DNA of 64,000 bases. Origin: Octopus sinensis (lineage: Eukaryota). The position numbers and the translations under genes are program-made. The notes beneath the pieces are model-generated. The model searched no databases, had not been told where the DNA came from, and was given only the letters and a program-made list of their open reading frames with translations. Positions 12,653-26,146 of this stretch are shown here, one piece after another (the first letter of the stretch is position 1; every line of letters starts with the position of its first letter). The stretch lies in the NCBI RefSeq assembly GCF_006345805.1, contig NC_043002.1, positions 111,228,001 to 111,292,000 of the forward strand, in the 5' to 3' direction.

Positions 12653-13313
12653 CTCATCTGGCACCTGTGTCGGTGGCACATAAAAACACCATCCGAAGAC
12701 CCGGCAAGACTAGTCAGGCCATAACCCGTGGCCCCTACCTGGGACGTAGTCAGTCCACCTGTGCATACCTTCCTTCTTGTGACACTTGTGAAGACCTGTT
12801 GAGGCAAGTGAAAATCAAATCAAAACAAATCAAAATAGATGAACATCAATGGAATTTGTATCTTTGTGGTACCAGTGCCGGTGGCACACAAGAAAATCAT
12901 CCGAACGTGGCCGTAGCCAGTACCGCATAGACTGGCCTCCGTGCTTTGGGGACGTAACAAACACCATCCGATCGTGGCCGTCCGCCAGCCTCATCTGGCA
13001 CCTGTGTCGGTGGCACATAAAAACACCATCCGAGCGTGGCCGTCTGCCAGCCTCGTCTGGCACCTGTGTCGGTGGCACATAAAAACACCATCCGAGCGTG
13101 GCCGTTCGCCAGCCTCGTCTGGCACCTGTGTCGGTGGCACATAAAATCACCCACTACACTCTCGGAGTGGTTGGCGTTAGGAAGGGCATCCAGCTGTAGA
13201 AACACTGCCAGATCTGACTGGCCTGGTGCAGCCTTCGGGCTCCCCAGACCCCAGTTGAACCGCCCAACCCATGCTAGCATGGAAAACGGACGCTAAATGA
13301 TGATGATGATGAT
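12653..13313 (+). mobile_element. 3' portion of an RTE-type LINE (long 3'UTR with ~62-bp internal tandem repeats, (GAT)n tail)
   Basis: Same sequence as 59593-60330, where it follows an RTE-like ORF2 C-terminus; flanked by (TA)n. Confidence 0.8.
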
Positions 13314-13695
13314 ATATATACACACACATACATGAAGAGGGTGTAGGTTTAATTAGTTGTTGAGAAGAATTTTTAAGAGCATTAGTTTTTGGCTGTAATT
13401 GTTAAAGTGTTAAGAAGACTTTTAATAATTATAGAATGGATGTAAAGACCCAGCTTTTTGCAAATTGTTGATGATTGAGAGCTTACCAAATTTTCGTTGT
13501 TAGAATTTTTTCTTGTCTAACATGATTTTTGTCATTGTACCTTTGGCTAAGTGTGAATTATATGTAAATATTTCCTATTCCACCTCTCTCTCTCTCTCTC
13601 TTTCACACACATACACACACCAGGTAATGTGTTAATTAATTTTATGTATACTTATATAAGATAGTTTTGCTATCTAGTTTATTTTTCTGTTTCAG

Positions 13696-13888
13696 ATTCT
13701 GTATTCACACCTTTCTTTAACGATGCATGGGTTCACCGTGAAGACACAGAAAATTTTTTCATCCGCAATCTTGATCCACCATCGCCACCCTTGTCGGAAT
13801 CAAACCCAAACATCGACAAAAGGCCCCCAGCCCCACTGCCCAAGCCAAATGATCTGTATCACACAACCAAGAGCAGTACAAGCAATAG
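13696..13888 (+). CDS. ARHGAP35: p190 RhoGAP exon (SVFTPFFNDAW...RPPAPLPKP...)
   Basis: ctgtttcag|AT...AG|gtgcgt, phase 1-2. FTPFF resembles p190 FHPFF and is followed by a Pro-rich linker. Confidence 0.88.
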
Positions 13889-16788
13889 GTGCGTCTCACC
13901 AGACTGTGGTTGGTTAGTATATTAAGAATGCATCCGTGTACACGTAGGGAATCAACTTTGACTACTTATTTCTTAAAAAATTTCTGAATATAATTAAAAA
14001 AAAAAAATTAAAAAATACAAAATCCAAAGAAAAATACACAACAAACTGAATTGTCCTCTTTTGCACAATGTAGGCACAAATAGATTGGAACTGAGGCTCA
14101 TGTATTCTATCTGGACAGCTTTTTACTTCTCTGATTAACTTTAAAAAATATATATATATTTACTAATATAATACTTTCACTGCTAATCACGTATCAACCC
14201 AAGAGTTCTAACGATTTGACTCTGTTACACCTATTATCAAATAAGAGGCCAACTCCTCATCTTTTAGTGTCTAGGATCAGTTATGGAAGATACTGGTAGA
14301 TGGCAGAAAATCTAAACCAATTACAGCATAAGGTGAAACCTGGATATATCTGTGTTTTGCCATTATTATACACATTTTCATCTCCAGAAATCTCCATGGT
14401 TTTCCATGGAAATGTTAATTAACTGTTGGATTCTAGTCTTTTTCAATCATCCTAATCAGTCTTCTTCGCAGAGGTAGGTTGTTTATATTTGGTCTTTACA
14501 TTTTGTTCTATTTTGTGTTTAGTCTTTCATTTCTGTAGAGTTCTTTTGGTATTCTTACTGTAGGCCTGCCTTTGTTTCGTATGTTGAAATGGAGATAAGG
14601 CTATGCTTTAACTCGATCAGGCTGGATGTCTACCTCCAAACTAATATCTTCCAAGTAATCTAAATACAAGTCAAAGGTGGATGTAATAATGGTAATGCTG
14701 TAATCAGTTTTCTGCTCTTAAGATTCAAAGCAACTAAGCAAATCCATATGGAAATTTTTTCCTGTTTCTAAAGTAAAACATTCTTGTGGTAGTTAGATGA
14801 AAGGAAATCCTGGCCTGAATGAGTTAAACCAGTGGTGACAGAGTTCTATTGAAAATTACTTGGGAATACGAGCTTCCCATTCTGTTGCGAATTAAGTTTG
14901 CAAACTGAAGAAATGTACCATTTACAACAGTTACAATGCAATATTACAACACATTTGTCATTTAATAATGCATTACTTGTTCATATATTTTCTCATCATC
15001 CAGCAAATTTGATTGCTATACATGTCCCAAGTTAGATATTAATGGAACTCTGTTCGTACTTTTGTTGCAGTACCTCTGCTTTTCTCTATATTCTGATCTG
15101 AGTTCAGAAGGCCATTTGCTTCACTGACATTTTAAATTGCTTCATATTTAGGCATCATTATTATTACTGTTGTTATTTGTTATTTATCATTACAGTGGCA
15201 GGCACTGTTGTGTGGTGGTATGTTCCTGGTGAGCTGAGTCCGTGACCCGGTTTCAATTCCCAGCTAGAACTGCTTTCACTTACAGTGCTAATGCCCACGG
15301 GAAAGGCATGAATGTAACAATCTCCCTTTTCCCTCCCCTATAAATCTGTGGCATTATGCCTTTTCAAGAAATTGTTGTCATCATTATGATGAACTTGGTT
15401 ATTGCTCTTATCCTGTGATCCTTTTTTCCATTTAGTCCCAGTATATCTTGTAACCTTCGTTTGCTGTGTAGCTCTGTCAAGAGCCCCACAGTGTCCACCA
15501 TGCCTGTCAAGTATGGAAGTAATGCTGTTTTCTTGGCTTTTATTATTTTAAAGGACCCCCCTGAAGTTTAAGCAGCAGATCAATAAATTATTTCTCATAT
15601 TTCTAAACCAATGCGTATACTCTTGCAGATTTTTTGGCACCCAGAACTTTAATGAGTTTACTTAAATTAATCTAAAAATTTATTTCATTTTGGTACTAAA
15701 TGGTATTTTTTTGCTTTTCCATGTTTTTACACCTGTTTTGAACACATTTCATGTATGAATTGACTAAACTAATGCCATTTAGAAAAAAATTAGTATGGAG
15801 CTCATTAGACTAAAAGCTTGACTTGTTTGATATTTTAAGGTTTATTTTCACTGTATTGAGTTTCACCTTTTACTTCAGCTTGTTACCTAAACTTTGGCAT
15901 CTCTCGGACTTTCTAAAAGATAAATTGTACCTTCCTACTTTCTCTTTCTGCTTTTATGCTTGAAATGTATTTTGAATGGTTTGCTTTAAGTTTTATAAGT
16001 AAAAGCAAATTTTTGTATCTTTAATTGAAAAGAGTCAGCTATTTAACCAACTGACCAATGGAACTATATAAATATTATTATTATTAATATTACCTTTCCT
16101 ATCTGTTGCCTTTGTGGCAATAAAAGAAATTCTGGAGCCTGGTGCAGCCTTCTGGCTTCCCAGATCCCCGGTCGAACCGTCCAACCCATGCTAGCATGGA
16201 GAACGGACATTAAACGATGATGATGATTATTATTATTATTGAAGGCAGCAAACTGGCAGAATTGTTAGTGCATCAGACAAAATGCTTAGAAGCATTTCTT
16301 CCAGGTCTTTATGTTCAGTGTTCAAATGCTACCCAGGGCAACGTTGTCTTTCATCATTTCAGGGTCAGTAAAAGAGACCATTTGAGTTATCAACTTACTT
16401 GCTTCTCCCTGAAATCACTGACCTTGTGTCAAAATTTGAAGCTATCAATATTATTATTATCATCATCTTATAGTATGGAGTTATAAACATCAGGCTCAAA
16501 TGGCTATACTTTTTCCTGCAACAGTCACTATCTTACAAGGACTATAAAGTCAAATGTAATATCTTACAATTCAGTTTTCACAACTAGCTCTCCGTTAATC
16601 CAAAGAATTTCAGGTTATGGTGGACAGTCTGGGGCTGACCAGTTTAAAACAGAAAAAAGGGAAAATTGTGTAGTGGGGATTGGACAAAATAGCATTTGGT
16701 CTTCATGGTATTTGTCATGTATTTGTTTTTAATATTTTCAATATCATTGCTAGTAATTAAAGCCACTGAGCTTTCTATTTCTCTGCAG

Positions 16789-17003
16789 TCAGAGCACAGA
16801 AGACTCGGAACCTTTGTATGATCATTTGGTTTTTCCCAACCAATACCATTCAGACAGTGAACAGGAACGAGCGTCATCTCCTTCTCCACCTCCCATTTCA
16901 TCACCAACTGACTATGAAATTATTAGTAGTATAGCTGCTCAAACAAATGGGGAGCATCTTATAAAGCCAAGCGAAATAAAGAGCCGACGTAACAAGTATG
17001 TGG
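16789..17003 (+). CDS. ARHGAP35: p190 RhoGAP linker exon (QSTEDSEPLYDHL...RRNKYV)
   Basis: ctctgcag|T...G|gtgagt, phase 2-1, open frame continuous with the previous exon. Confidence 0.85.
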
Positions 17004-17083
17004 GTGAGTGTACCTAGAATTAATTTGTTTCTATTATAACATATTAATTCTTTGAATTGGTTAAATGTCTTTTTTCCAGATAA

Positions 17084-17600
17084 TCTATATATATAAAACT
17101 GTAGTTGTGTGAGTGTCTGTCTCCTACGATTTAGATTCCTAACTCCTCCCACATTTTGCAGTGCAGTTTAACCAAATTCGGGTATCTTATAGTCGTGATT
17201 AATATCGAGCCCGTCTGGCTATTAGCGTGCGTCTACGATGAGTCTACGATTTTAAAAATAATTTAACATCATTTTTTATTCCATTTTAATGCATAATTTT
17301 TCGTGTGTCGATGGCGGCGGAGTTGGCGTCCACGCTCAAACACCTGCACCTGTGTTTGTTTCTCCCCCTTCTTCCCTCCCTCGTGAAGCTGTGGGGAAGG
17401 GAGTTTAAGGAAATCAACGTCGTAAAGCGTTGTCAAGGAGACCAGCGTTCTTTTAGAACAACGACTTCATGGCTTGAAGACACCAAAACAGAAATGGCTA
17501 AGAAAGCCCGAATTGGCATCTATAAAGGAAGTAACTGTCTAAAAATGCTTATATAGTTATTTCCCTTACAAACCCGAGCAACGCCGGGCGATACTGCTAG
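17084..17600 (+). mobile_element. Non-autonomous Helitron, 517 bp
   Basis: 5' A|TCtatatata; 3' hairpin cccgagcaacgccggg then 8 nt then CTAG|T; no TSD. Confidence 0.85.
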
Positions 17601-18538
17601 TACAAAATAAATTGGTTCCTAATTCTATTATTCAGTTTGGGGAATATGCAGACATCCTAATTTGTGTACACAATTATATTTCACTTGACACTTCTTGCAG
17701 TAGCCTTTTAATTTTTAGTCCTTCCATGCCAAAACTAGTTCCTAAACTGGAAAAAGTTTACATGTTACAACAAATTTCCTTTGTTGAAACTGACTTCCTG
17801 CCTTGTTACTCTTTTTCTTTCTTTTTTTTATTCATACCTTCTTTCCTTTCTTCCTTCACATACAAACATTGCTATGTATTCAACTCTTATATATGTATTA
17901 CACATGTAGATGGGTTCGTGCACTTACACACAAGCCAAATAGTTTGTTGTAATTCTATTCTTCATTGTTGTGAAATAAAGGATAATCGGCAGCATATTCT
18001 TTGTATTTTAAAACTTATCTACAAGACATTTGAGCATAGAAAGATTTTGAATCGAATCCAATTTAAACCCTGATTACTGTACAACTAGAGAATGTCTAAT
18101 TTTATTTTAAATCTTAAATATTTAAAGTAGGGATATTATTGGTTAATTAGCCTTGTAATTGAATTTGAAACAGAAATTAAACATGTAGTTAATGAAATTT
18201 GTGAAATATTTTACTATTTGGATATATTGTTACTGTTGTTTGTGGTGTTACAAAGGCAGCTGGCTAAAAGAAGCATGGTTCAACAAAGATGACCATGGCT
18301 ATCATATTTTGGTCATGCTGAGCTAAGATTAATATATTTTGAAATACGGAAAATGATACAAATTCATCTGAAACTAGTCAGTCTATTATTTAGAAAGATT
18401 TATTTTGTTGTTATTACGTTGCTTTAACTCGCCCAACTGAAGCAAACTTATAGCAAATAGGGAAATGAATGTCTGGATGCAACCCACAGATCCATCACTC
18501 TGGATATTTCTTGTCTTATAATGAGTATACAGTGTATA

Positions 18539-18923
18539 GGAGGCACAATGGCCCAGTGGTTAGGGCAGCGGACTCGCGGTCATAGGATCGCGGTTTCGAT
18601 TCCCAGACCGAGCGTTGTGAGTGTTTATTGAGCGAAAACACCTAAAGCTCCACGAGGCTCCGGCAGGGGATGGTGGTGATCCCTGCTGTACTCTTTCACC
18701 ACAACTTTCTCTCACTCTTACTTCCTGTTTCTGTTGTACCCGTATTTCAAAGGGGCCGGCCTTGTCACTCTCTGTGTCACGCTGAATATCCCCGAGAACT
18801 GCGTTAAGGGTACACGTGTGTCTGTGGAGTGCTCAGCCACTTACACGTTAATTTCACGAGCAGGCTGTTCCGTTGATCGGATCAACCGGAACCCTCGTCG
18901 TCGTAACCGACGGAGTGCTTCCC
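18539..18923 (+). mobile_element. SINE family A
   Basis: Full length; 13-bp TSD tatacagtgtata. Confidence 0.9.
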
Positions 18924-19618
18924 TATACAGTGTATATTTTGATATGCAGTGATATATTTTTATGATGTAATGTGTCAGTCAAGCTATATTGCATTTGCTC
19001 CACTATTCAATTTGTAGTTAAATGTCTGGTGTTTAGCCTCAGATCGGCCTTGATCAGTTAGGTATACGACCAGACGTTCCATTGTTATCCATCCTTTAAG
19101 ACAGTAGAGTAGGTTTTTAAGAAATAGTTGGCTATTATTTCTAGCAGGTCAAGTTACTACATAAAAGGCTTCTTGAAGGCTTCATTTGTATGCCTGCTCC
19201 AAATGTTATGCTTTCAAGCACATTGTATGAGGGTAGAGTTAGTATATGGTGTATAGGTAATTTATATTTTTTTCTGTTTGTAGGTGGAAAGGATGATGTT
19301 CTTAATATTGTAGCAGTATCTTGGGAATTATTTAAGATGTAAAATGTGGTATTCTTGTAACTTTCAATTGCAGGTTCAGTGTTATTTATACTGTTGTGAT
19401 TAATTTGAGAAATCAAAGCCCCTATCATCGTCATTTTTAATTCTACTTTTCCATGCTGACATAAGTTAGATGGAACTTTTTTGAAGCAGTGTTTTACAAC
19501 TGGTTACCCTTCTTGATGCCAACATCAAGTTGTTTTTATTGTGGTGATATGGTGTACCTGTTCTAAAACTGGGATGGTATAATCTATTATAGATTATACC
19601 ATTATTATAGATTTTGGA

Positions 19619-19842
19619 CGGCGAGCTGGCAGAATCGTTAGCCGGGCGAAATGCGTAGCCGTATTTCATTTGTCGTTACGTTGTGAGTTCAAATTCCGCC
19701 GAGGTTGACTTTGCTTTTCATTCTTTCGGGGTCGATAAATTAAGTACCAGTTACGCACTGGAGTCGATATAATCGACTTAATACCTGTGTCTGTCCTTGT
19801 TTGTCCCCTGTTTTTAGCCCCTTGTGGGTAATAAAGAAATAG
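19619..19842 (+). mobile_element. SINE family C
   Basis: Full length; ~20-bp duplicated flank ggtataatctattatagatt. Confidence 0.88.
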
Positions 19843-20382
19843 GTATAATCTATTATAGATTTGATGCTTGTATTGTTTTTGTGTTGGCCAAATTTATTAT
19901 CTATTAAGTGCTTTGAATAAGGAGCAGAAAGATGATTAGAAGTGTGATTACAATTGCAAATCAGTTCATTAGCTTTAACAGTTATTGCAAATTATTTCTC
20001 AAATAATAAGTTATTTTAAAAATAAATTGCTGTCCACACATGGACATTCTCTGTCTATTTGCTTCTTACTCTCTTTAACCCTCTGTTGTCACTTTTTTTC
20101 TTTTATTAAAACTTTTCTCATTTGAAAAAAATTTGTGTACATTGAAATGGATAATAAGTTTGCTACTGATTTATATAGTTACATGTAAGTTCATGTTGCA
20201 GTCAACTAAGGCAATTAGGAACATGAAATTTAAATTCTATATTTTATTTGATGATTTTTTTTTTTTTTTTTGGTCTTTTCATCATCATTATTATATTTGT
20301 ATTTACTATCTGAGAAAGTTTGTGATTTATTATCATTGGCTTGAAATATATTACATACTGACTGAATTGAATCATTTTTCAG

Positions 20383-20406
20383 GGCCTGATGAAGATGATT
20401 TTGAAG
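20383..20406 (+). CDS. Candidate 24-nt microexon (GPDEDDFE)
   Basis: atcatttttcag|GG...GAAG|gtacaa, phase 1-1, frame-preserving acidic peptide. Confidence 0.5.
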
Positions 20407-21082
20407 GTACAAGTAGCCAGTTGACTGTTGCTTCTTGTTGACCTCTTTTTCTCTGTTGTGTGTGTGGTTTTCTTATGCTTTTGATATTTTAATAAAATCT
20501 TCAATTTAATAAATCCTTAAATTTGTGTTTAGACTTTTTTAAAAATTGGTATCTCAGTCATATTATTATTATCATTCTGTTGAATATCTTATACTTAATC
20601 TTCACTTTAAATGTTTATGATTATTTGAGATGAATTATTCAGAGAAAGGGTTTTCTAAAAGACCCTTGAACTTTTTCCTTTTTTTTTTTTTTTAGATTAA
20701 TATGAAATTATGGTTTTATCAATATATTTCCTTGTCATTACAAATTCTCTAGAGTTAACTCTAAAATCCCTTTTGATCAAAGCATATACATAATCATGAT
20801 GATACCAGTTTTAACCCAAACCATAATCCTGTAATTATCCAAAAAAGAAACCTACCTAAGCATACAAAATATTAGAATAATGATTTCTTGCATAGGTAAA
20901 AGGCCTAAGATTTATTTAGAAAAGGGAACAGTCAATTATATCAACCCTAATTGTATAGTCTAAAGGCCGTAAACTGTCTTTTGGCACTAAAACCCTAAAT
21001 AAATATACTTAAATAACTTTTTTTTAGATATAATCTCAATAAGTCTGTTAGAACTAGCATAAAACTTATCATCTCCAGTCAT

Positions 21083-21131
<49 letters not shown>

Positions 21132-22225
21132 GCCTTGATTTTAAAATGTTAAGTGCGACATCTTTAGAGCAGTTTTTCATTTAGAATCTAAACAAAGTTT
21201 TTTTTTTTCATTCTTCTTGTTGGTTTTTTGTTATCTTAAGCTTGTCATTTGTCTGCTTTCTTCATTCCTGTTTTATTGCTTCCTGTCCATGTCATATCTT
21301 TCTTATATCCATGTCTTTTCCTAGTTCTCATTATTCTCTGAGCCTTTATTACCATTTTTTATGCATTGTCTTTACATTCCAATGTCTTTGTATTTTTTAT
21401 TTATATTTTTTTCTCAGTTCATTCCAAAATTGGTTTACATACATTTTTGTGACCATCATCATCTTTTTTAAACTCTTTTTATTTATTTTTTTGTAAATTT
21501 ATTATGAATGGTAAAGCAGCATGATCATTTGTGAATTATCAGATTGTTCGCTTATTTGTTATAAATTCATTTTCTTAAACACACACATTATTTCAGCATT
21601 TTCTAAATCAATTTTCAGTGATATTTTGTCTTTATCACCATAGTTTCTATTACTTAATGTGGTAGTCTTTGATCAATTTTCAATTCATCAGTGCCATAAA
21701 TTCTGGCTTTATTAATACAAGTTCATGTATAATTTCTCAGTGTGTGTGAACGTGTGTAGTCTGTATGCAACAAATCCTATTGATTACAAGTTGTTTTCAA
21801 CACATTAGTATTCTTAGAAATAAATTTGACTCATGCACTTGTAAATTGAAGTTATTGGAAAAGTTTCAAAAATCATCACGTCATTGAATCAGTACTTCTC
21901 ATGTTGTTGTTGACTTGCTCCTTATGCTTCAAACAGGATTACATCTGAATTAGAAATAGGTTAACAGAACTTTATTCTTTCATGGTTTTCTTCAATCAGT
22001 ACCTTTTGCTCCACTGTTTAATGATTTTTGGACAGACGACATAGTTATTAATAATTATAGTGATTTATTGACTTTTTTTGGCTACTTTCTTTTTTAATCT
22101 TTAGTTGCTGCTCTTCTATGCACTATTCATTGTCTGTGTAGCTTGAATTACTTTCATTTTATGCCTACTATAATTGTCTTAACCTGAGTTTAACGTTTGA
22201 AACACAATCCAATTTTTATTTGCAG

Positions 22226-22267
22226 ATGTCACTGATAAGTTGATATTTTCTCCAGAGTATTTTTCTA
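22226..22267 (+). CDS. Candidate 42-nt microexon (DVTDKLIFSPEYFS)
   Basis: tttttatttgcag|AT...CTA|gtaaga, phase 1-1, open. Confidence 0.35.
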
Positions 22268-23236
22268 GTAAGAAACCTCTCTCACCCAATTTGTGACTGT
22301 ACATGTTTGATTGACATATAATGGCTGCTTTTGTAGTTTTGTTTATTTAAATGATTTTCTTTTTGTTTCAGTTTTTTTTTTTAATACATTTGGGGATGTT
22401 GAGACATTATAAAGTTATCTAAATTTATATTATTAAATTCTTTGTGAGCTAATCAGTTGAATATTTTTAGAATTTAAGGACAACACTGAAAAAAATGTTA
22501 CTTTTACTCTTGACAATGATGGGTCAGCATAATTTCATCGTACTTTACATTTTTTGTCCCAATATTTATTTTTCTTTTCCTTCCATAAATTATCTCTACA
22601 CATTCACCCTCATCAAATTAAGTTGACATGTAAGTTACATAACCTGCATAAATTTCAAATTTCTTAACAGTATGTAAAATTTCTTTTCTGCAATAAGATG
22701 TTATCTGGATATCAATACTTGACAATAAACTAGAGGGCTTGTTTATTGCATCTGATTTTAATGTTATCCATAATTTTTGTATGGATTAGCATTGTCATAA
22801 AACTAAGCTACAAATTTCAATTACGTGAATGTTAAATGAATTGTTAAATTATATTGGACTTCCAGAGTTGTGAAATTCCATTCACAAAATTATCTAATTA
22901 TTCATACTTCTAAGAACTGTTTCTAATTTACACCAAGATAGATTGATATAGCATGTAAATCTGGTATGCTATTCAAGAATATAGTTTTATGGTTAAATCT
23001 TAAATTAATAAGGTGTAGCCATTAGGTTTCTGATGGATGGTTTTGTAAAGTTAGTATTTTCAAAATTTGTTGAGCCCTGCTTTTTAATTTTGTTTTGTTT
23101 TGGGTTTTTTTTTTTTTTTTTTTTTTTTGGTTTTTTCTTTGTTTTTATAAAATACACTTACATCAACCCATGAACCAGCTGCAATGTCCAAAATATGTTG
23201 CGATTACCTGTCTGACCACCACTTGCTCAATTTCAG

Positions 23237-23416
23237 AACAATATAGAGACCATCATCGTAGATCATACCCTGCTGCAGACGTGGCTGATACCATGCACTT
23301 ATTTAGCCTGTACGGGATAAGTGACCCAGTTGCTGAGGCTCATCTCCACCCACCATCCGCATATCCATTCAAGAAGTCGTCCAGTATGAGGTTATCTGAA
23401 AAGGCAGAGTTTGAAG
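23237..23416 (+). CDS. ARHGAP35: p190 RhoGAP linker exon, symmetric (EQYRDHHRRSYP...EKAEFE)
   Basis: aatttcag|AA...GAAG|gtgaat, 180 nt, phase 1-1. A more GC-rich, coding-like island in very AT-rich intron. Confidence 0.7.
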
Positions 23417-26114
23417 GTGAATGACTGGTTCAACAGCTTGTTGTCGGTTAACAGTTTGCTTTCACCCCGGTTCTAATATCTCTTGTTATTTACATTTTAT
23501 TAAAATATTAAAATGACCCAAAGTCAAAATAAAAATGGAGGAAACAATGTTACTAAAACATATTTTTGTGGTTACAAATTAATCCCAGCAATTTCGTGAG
23601 AGCAAATATGAGAACTGTTGGACAAATGGGACCCACCTCGAACCCTCCTGTTGTGTTCTCTCTGTATATTTCCCTCTCTGACCCCAATCTGTGCCCCAAA
23701 TAGATATGTAGTTTACACTGTAAACTTTGGCCAGCACAATGCCTTTTGGGTTTTATTTTATTTCATTTTATTATTTTTCATCATCCTGCTGCCCATCACT
23801 TCCTCTCATTGTCCTTTAACCATTTCACTCCTGCCAGTTGTCAACTGTCTTTGCTATGCTACTATCATTGGTTTTTTTAATTTTTTTTTTTAGTTCAGTT
23901 CCATTGTTTTTATTCCCCCACACCTTTTTAATGGACACTAACTTTTTAATGATTTGCATGCCTCAAATGTATTCCAAGTATAACTGTTGTGTTTTGTTTG
24001 TTCATTTGTCTTGCTATGTTTTATTTAGTAAAGTTAGTAATTTCATTTGATTTGAAGACAGTAAGAATTAACTTTCATAATTTGTTTATTTCTGCAATTT
24101 ACCTTTGTTATAAGTGACTAATTACTTCGCATAATCCATATTCTGGGTAGTTCAGATTTGATGTGTCTAGAAGTATGGTTGTGTTTGATACATGCATAGA
24201 CAAATATATGCTTAGACTACTGACCATATGACCATGATTTCAAACTATATTATAGCCATTGTGCTACATCTCTATACAACCTGGTTTAATGTTTATTTCA
24301 CAGTTCACTGGTTAGCTAGGAGAAAAACAATTGTTCTAATAAGACATTAGATATTACACTAGCTATTACACATTTCTCTCTTTATATAATCAAAGTCAAA
24401 TGAACAAGTTAATTTTCATCCCACATCTTGTAGAAGTTGTAATTACATACTTTGTTTAGATTATAACTTCAATAAATTATTACCTCTTCACAAATATATT
24501 TTCTTTAATTGAAATTGTGGGAAATTTAATGTTATATGTTGAAATTGATCTTAGTATTATTGCTTGTTGGCTTGCAATTATGTATTGATTATTGAGTAAG
24601 GTCTAACTCTTACTAGAATCTATCTAAACTGATTTCTATAAAAAGAACATCCATTCAACAGCCTATCATTTTTGTATGAAATGTATTGTAGAAACAGCTT
24701 TGTTTATAGACTAATATATTTTCCATCCAAGTTCCTTTTCATTACATCAATAATTTTTACAGTGAGCAGTTTTTCTCATTCGACTTCATCTTGTTTTAAA
24801 TGTAATAAAAAAAAATTTAAAACTAAAACATAATTTAGAAATTTGAAGTTTTCAGCTTGCTGTAATTTCAGCAAGGACACAGAAAATACCAGAAAAGTGC
24901 CATTTCTGATAAATAAATTTTATGTGAATTTTAATCCAAATTTTTATTAACTGTCTTTTACATTGAAAAGTTAAATAAATTAAATTTTGGCCTGCTTAAA
25001 CGTTTTAGTTAAAAAAAAAAAAAATACATAGACTGGATTTATTGTATTAGTAAAATAAAATGCATGATTTGTATAATTGATACCAATTATTATCGGTGTA
25101 TAAATATTGAGGACACTGTGTACATATGAGTCAATGTCTGAGAATGTTTCATCGTGATTTATGCAATGCTCCAAAGTGATTTGAACAGCTTCTGACCATA
25201 TACGAATAAATTCAATATTACCAAGTTCTGATACTTTGTACTAGATTCAAATGCTGCCTTGATATGTTGTCCTTGTAATCTGATTATTACAGGACATCTT
25301 TCAGTACAAATACATTTGCTTCTTCAAAGTATTAAACATTGTTGCTTTGGTGTTTGGGAATTGCATGTAGTAACAGTTCTGTTTGGAATTTTCTATTTAT
25401 GTTGTATGATTGGCTAAGTTTTTAAATTTTCAACTCTTATAATGTTTGTAAAATCATGTACTTTTCTTTATTTTCTACTCATAATATCCAGTTCAATAAA
25501 AATTATTGTTATCGAATTTTTATAAGTGCAACAAAAATAGATATTATCTCTTTAGGTCACTGATTTGAAATGAAAAACTTAATTTTATTTTAAGGTTGCT
25601 TTTTTAAACATTTTTTAACATATATTTCTTCCCTAAAATAAATTTCATATTGACCCAAGCCTCTATCCAATGAAGGTTCACTGAATATTGTGTGTGTGGG
25701 TTTTCTCATTTAATTACTTTATTCTTTTAATAATCATATTTATGATAAAGAGATGAAATATGTAATTGTATGTATCTCACTGTGCATGCATACCAGAAAT
25801 AGTGTTTGATATTTTCTCTGCATGTTAACACCAGTAGTTTGTAGGTTAGAGCAGTCAGTGTGAATTGTAGCAAATGTAGAATGCTGGGTAAATATCCTTT
25901 GTAGCTTATTTGAAACAAGAGACTTAAATGGTGTGATTTAATAGAATAGTTATTTATTATGTGGATTAGCTATGAGTGATATAAGAACTACATTTAGTTA
26001 AGTGTCACCCTGTTTGATAGTTATGTTCTGAGAAATCTGTGACCAAAAGAGAGAAGTTGTAAGAATTTTTTGTATTTATTTGTTCTCTGGGAATTTATTT
26101 GACTGCTGGGGTGA

Positions 26115-26146
<32 letters not shown>

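Noticed and set aside
14460-14477. cag|tcttcttcgcagag|gtaggt micro-exon candidate
   Set aside because: 14 nt would shift the frame between two already phase-compatible exons; the shorter alternative has a weak donor.
16996-17001. Alternative donor AA|gtatgt 8 nt upstream of 17004
   Set aside because: It gives phase 2, and I found no matching phase-2 acceptor exon downstream.
17305-17556. 83-aa ORF in a GC-rich island
   Set aside because: Lies inside the non-autonomous Helitron; no recognisable domain.
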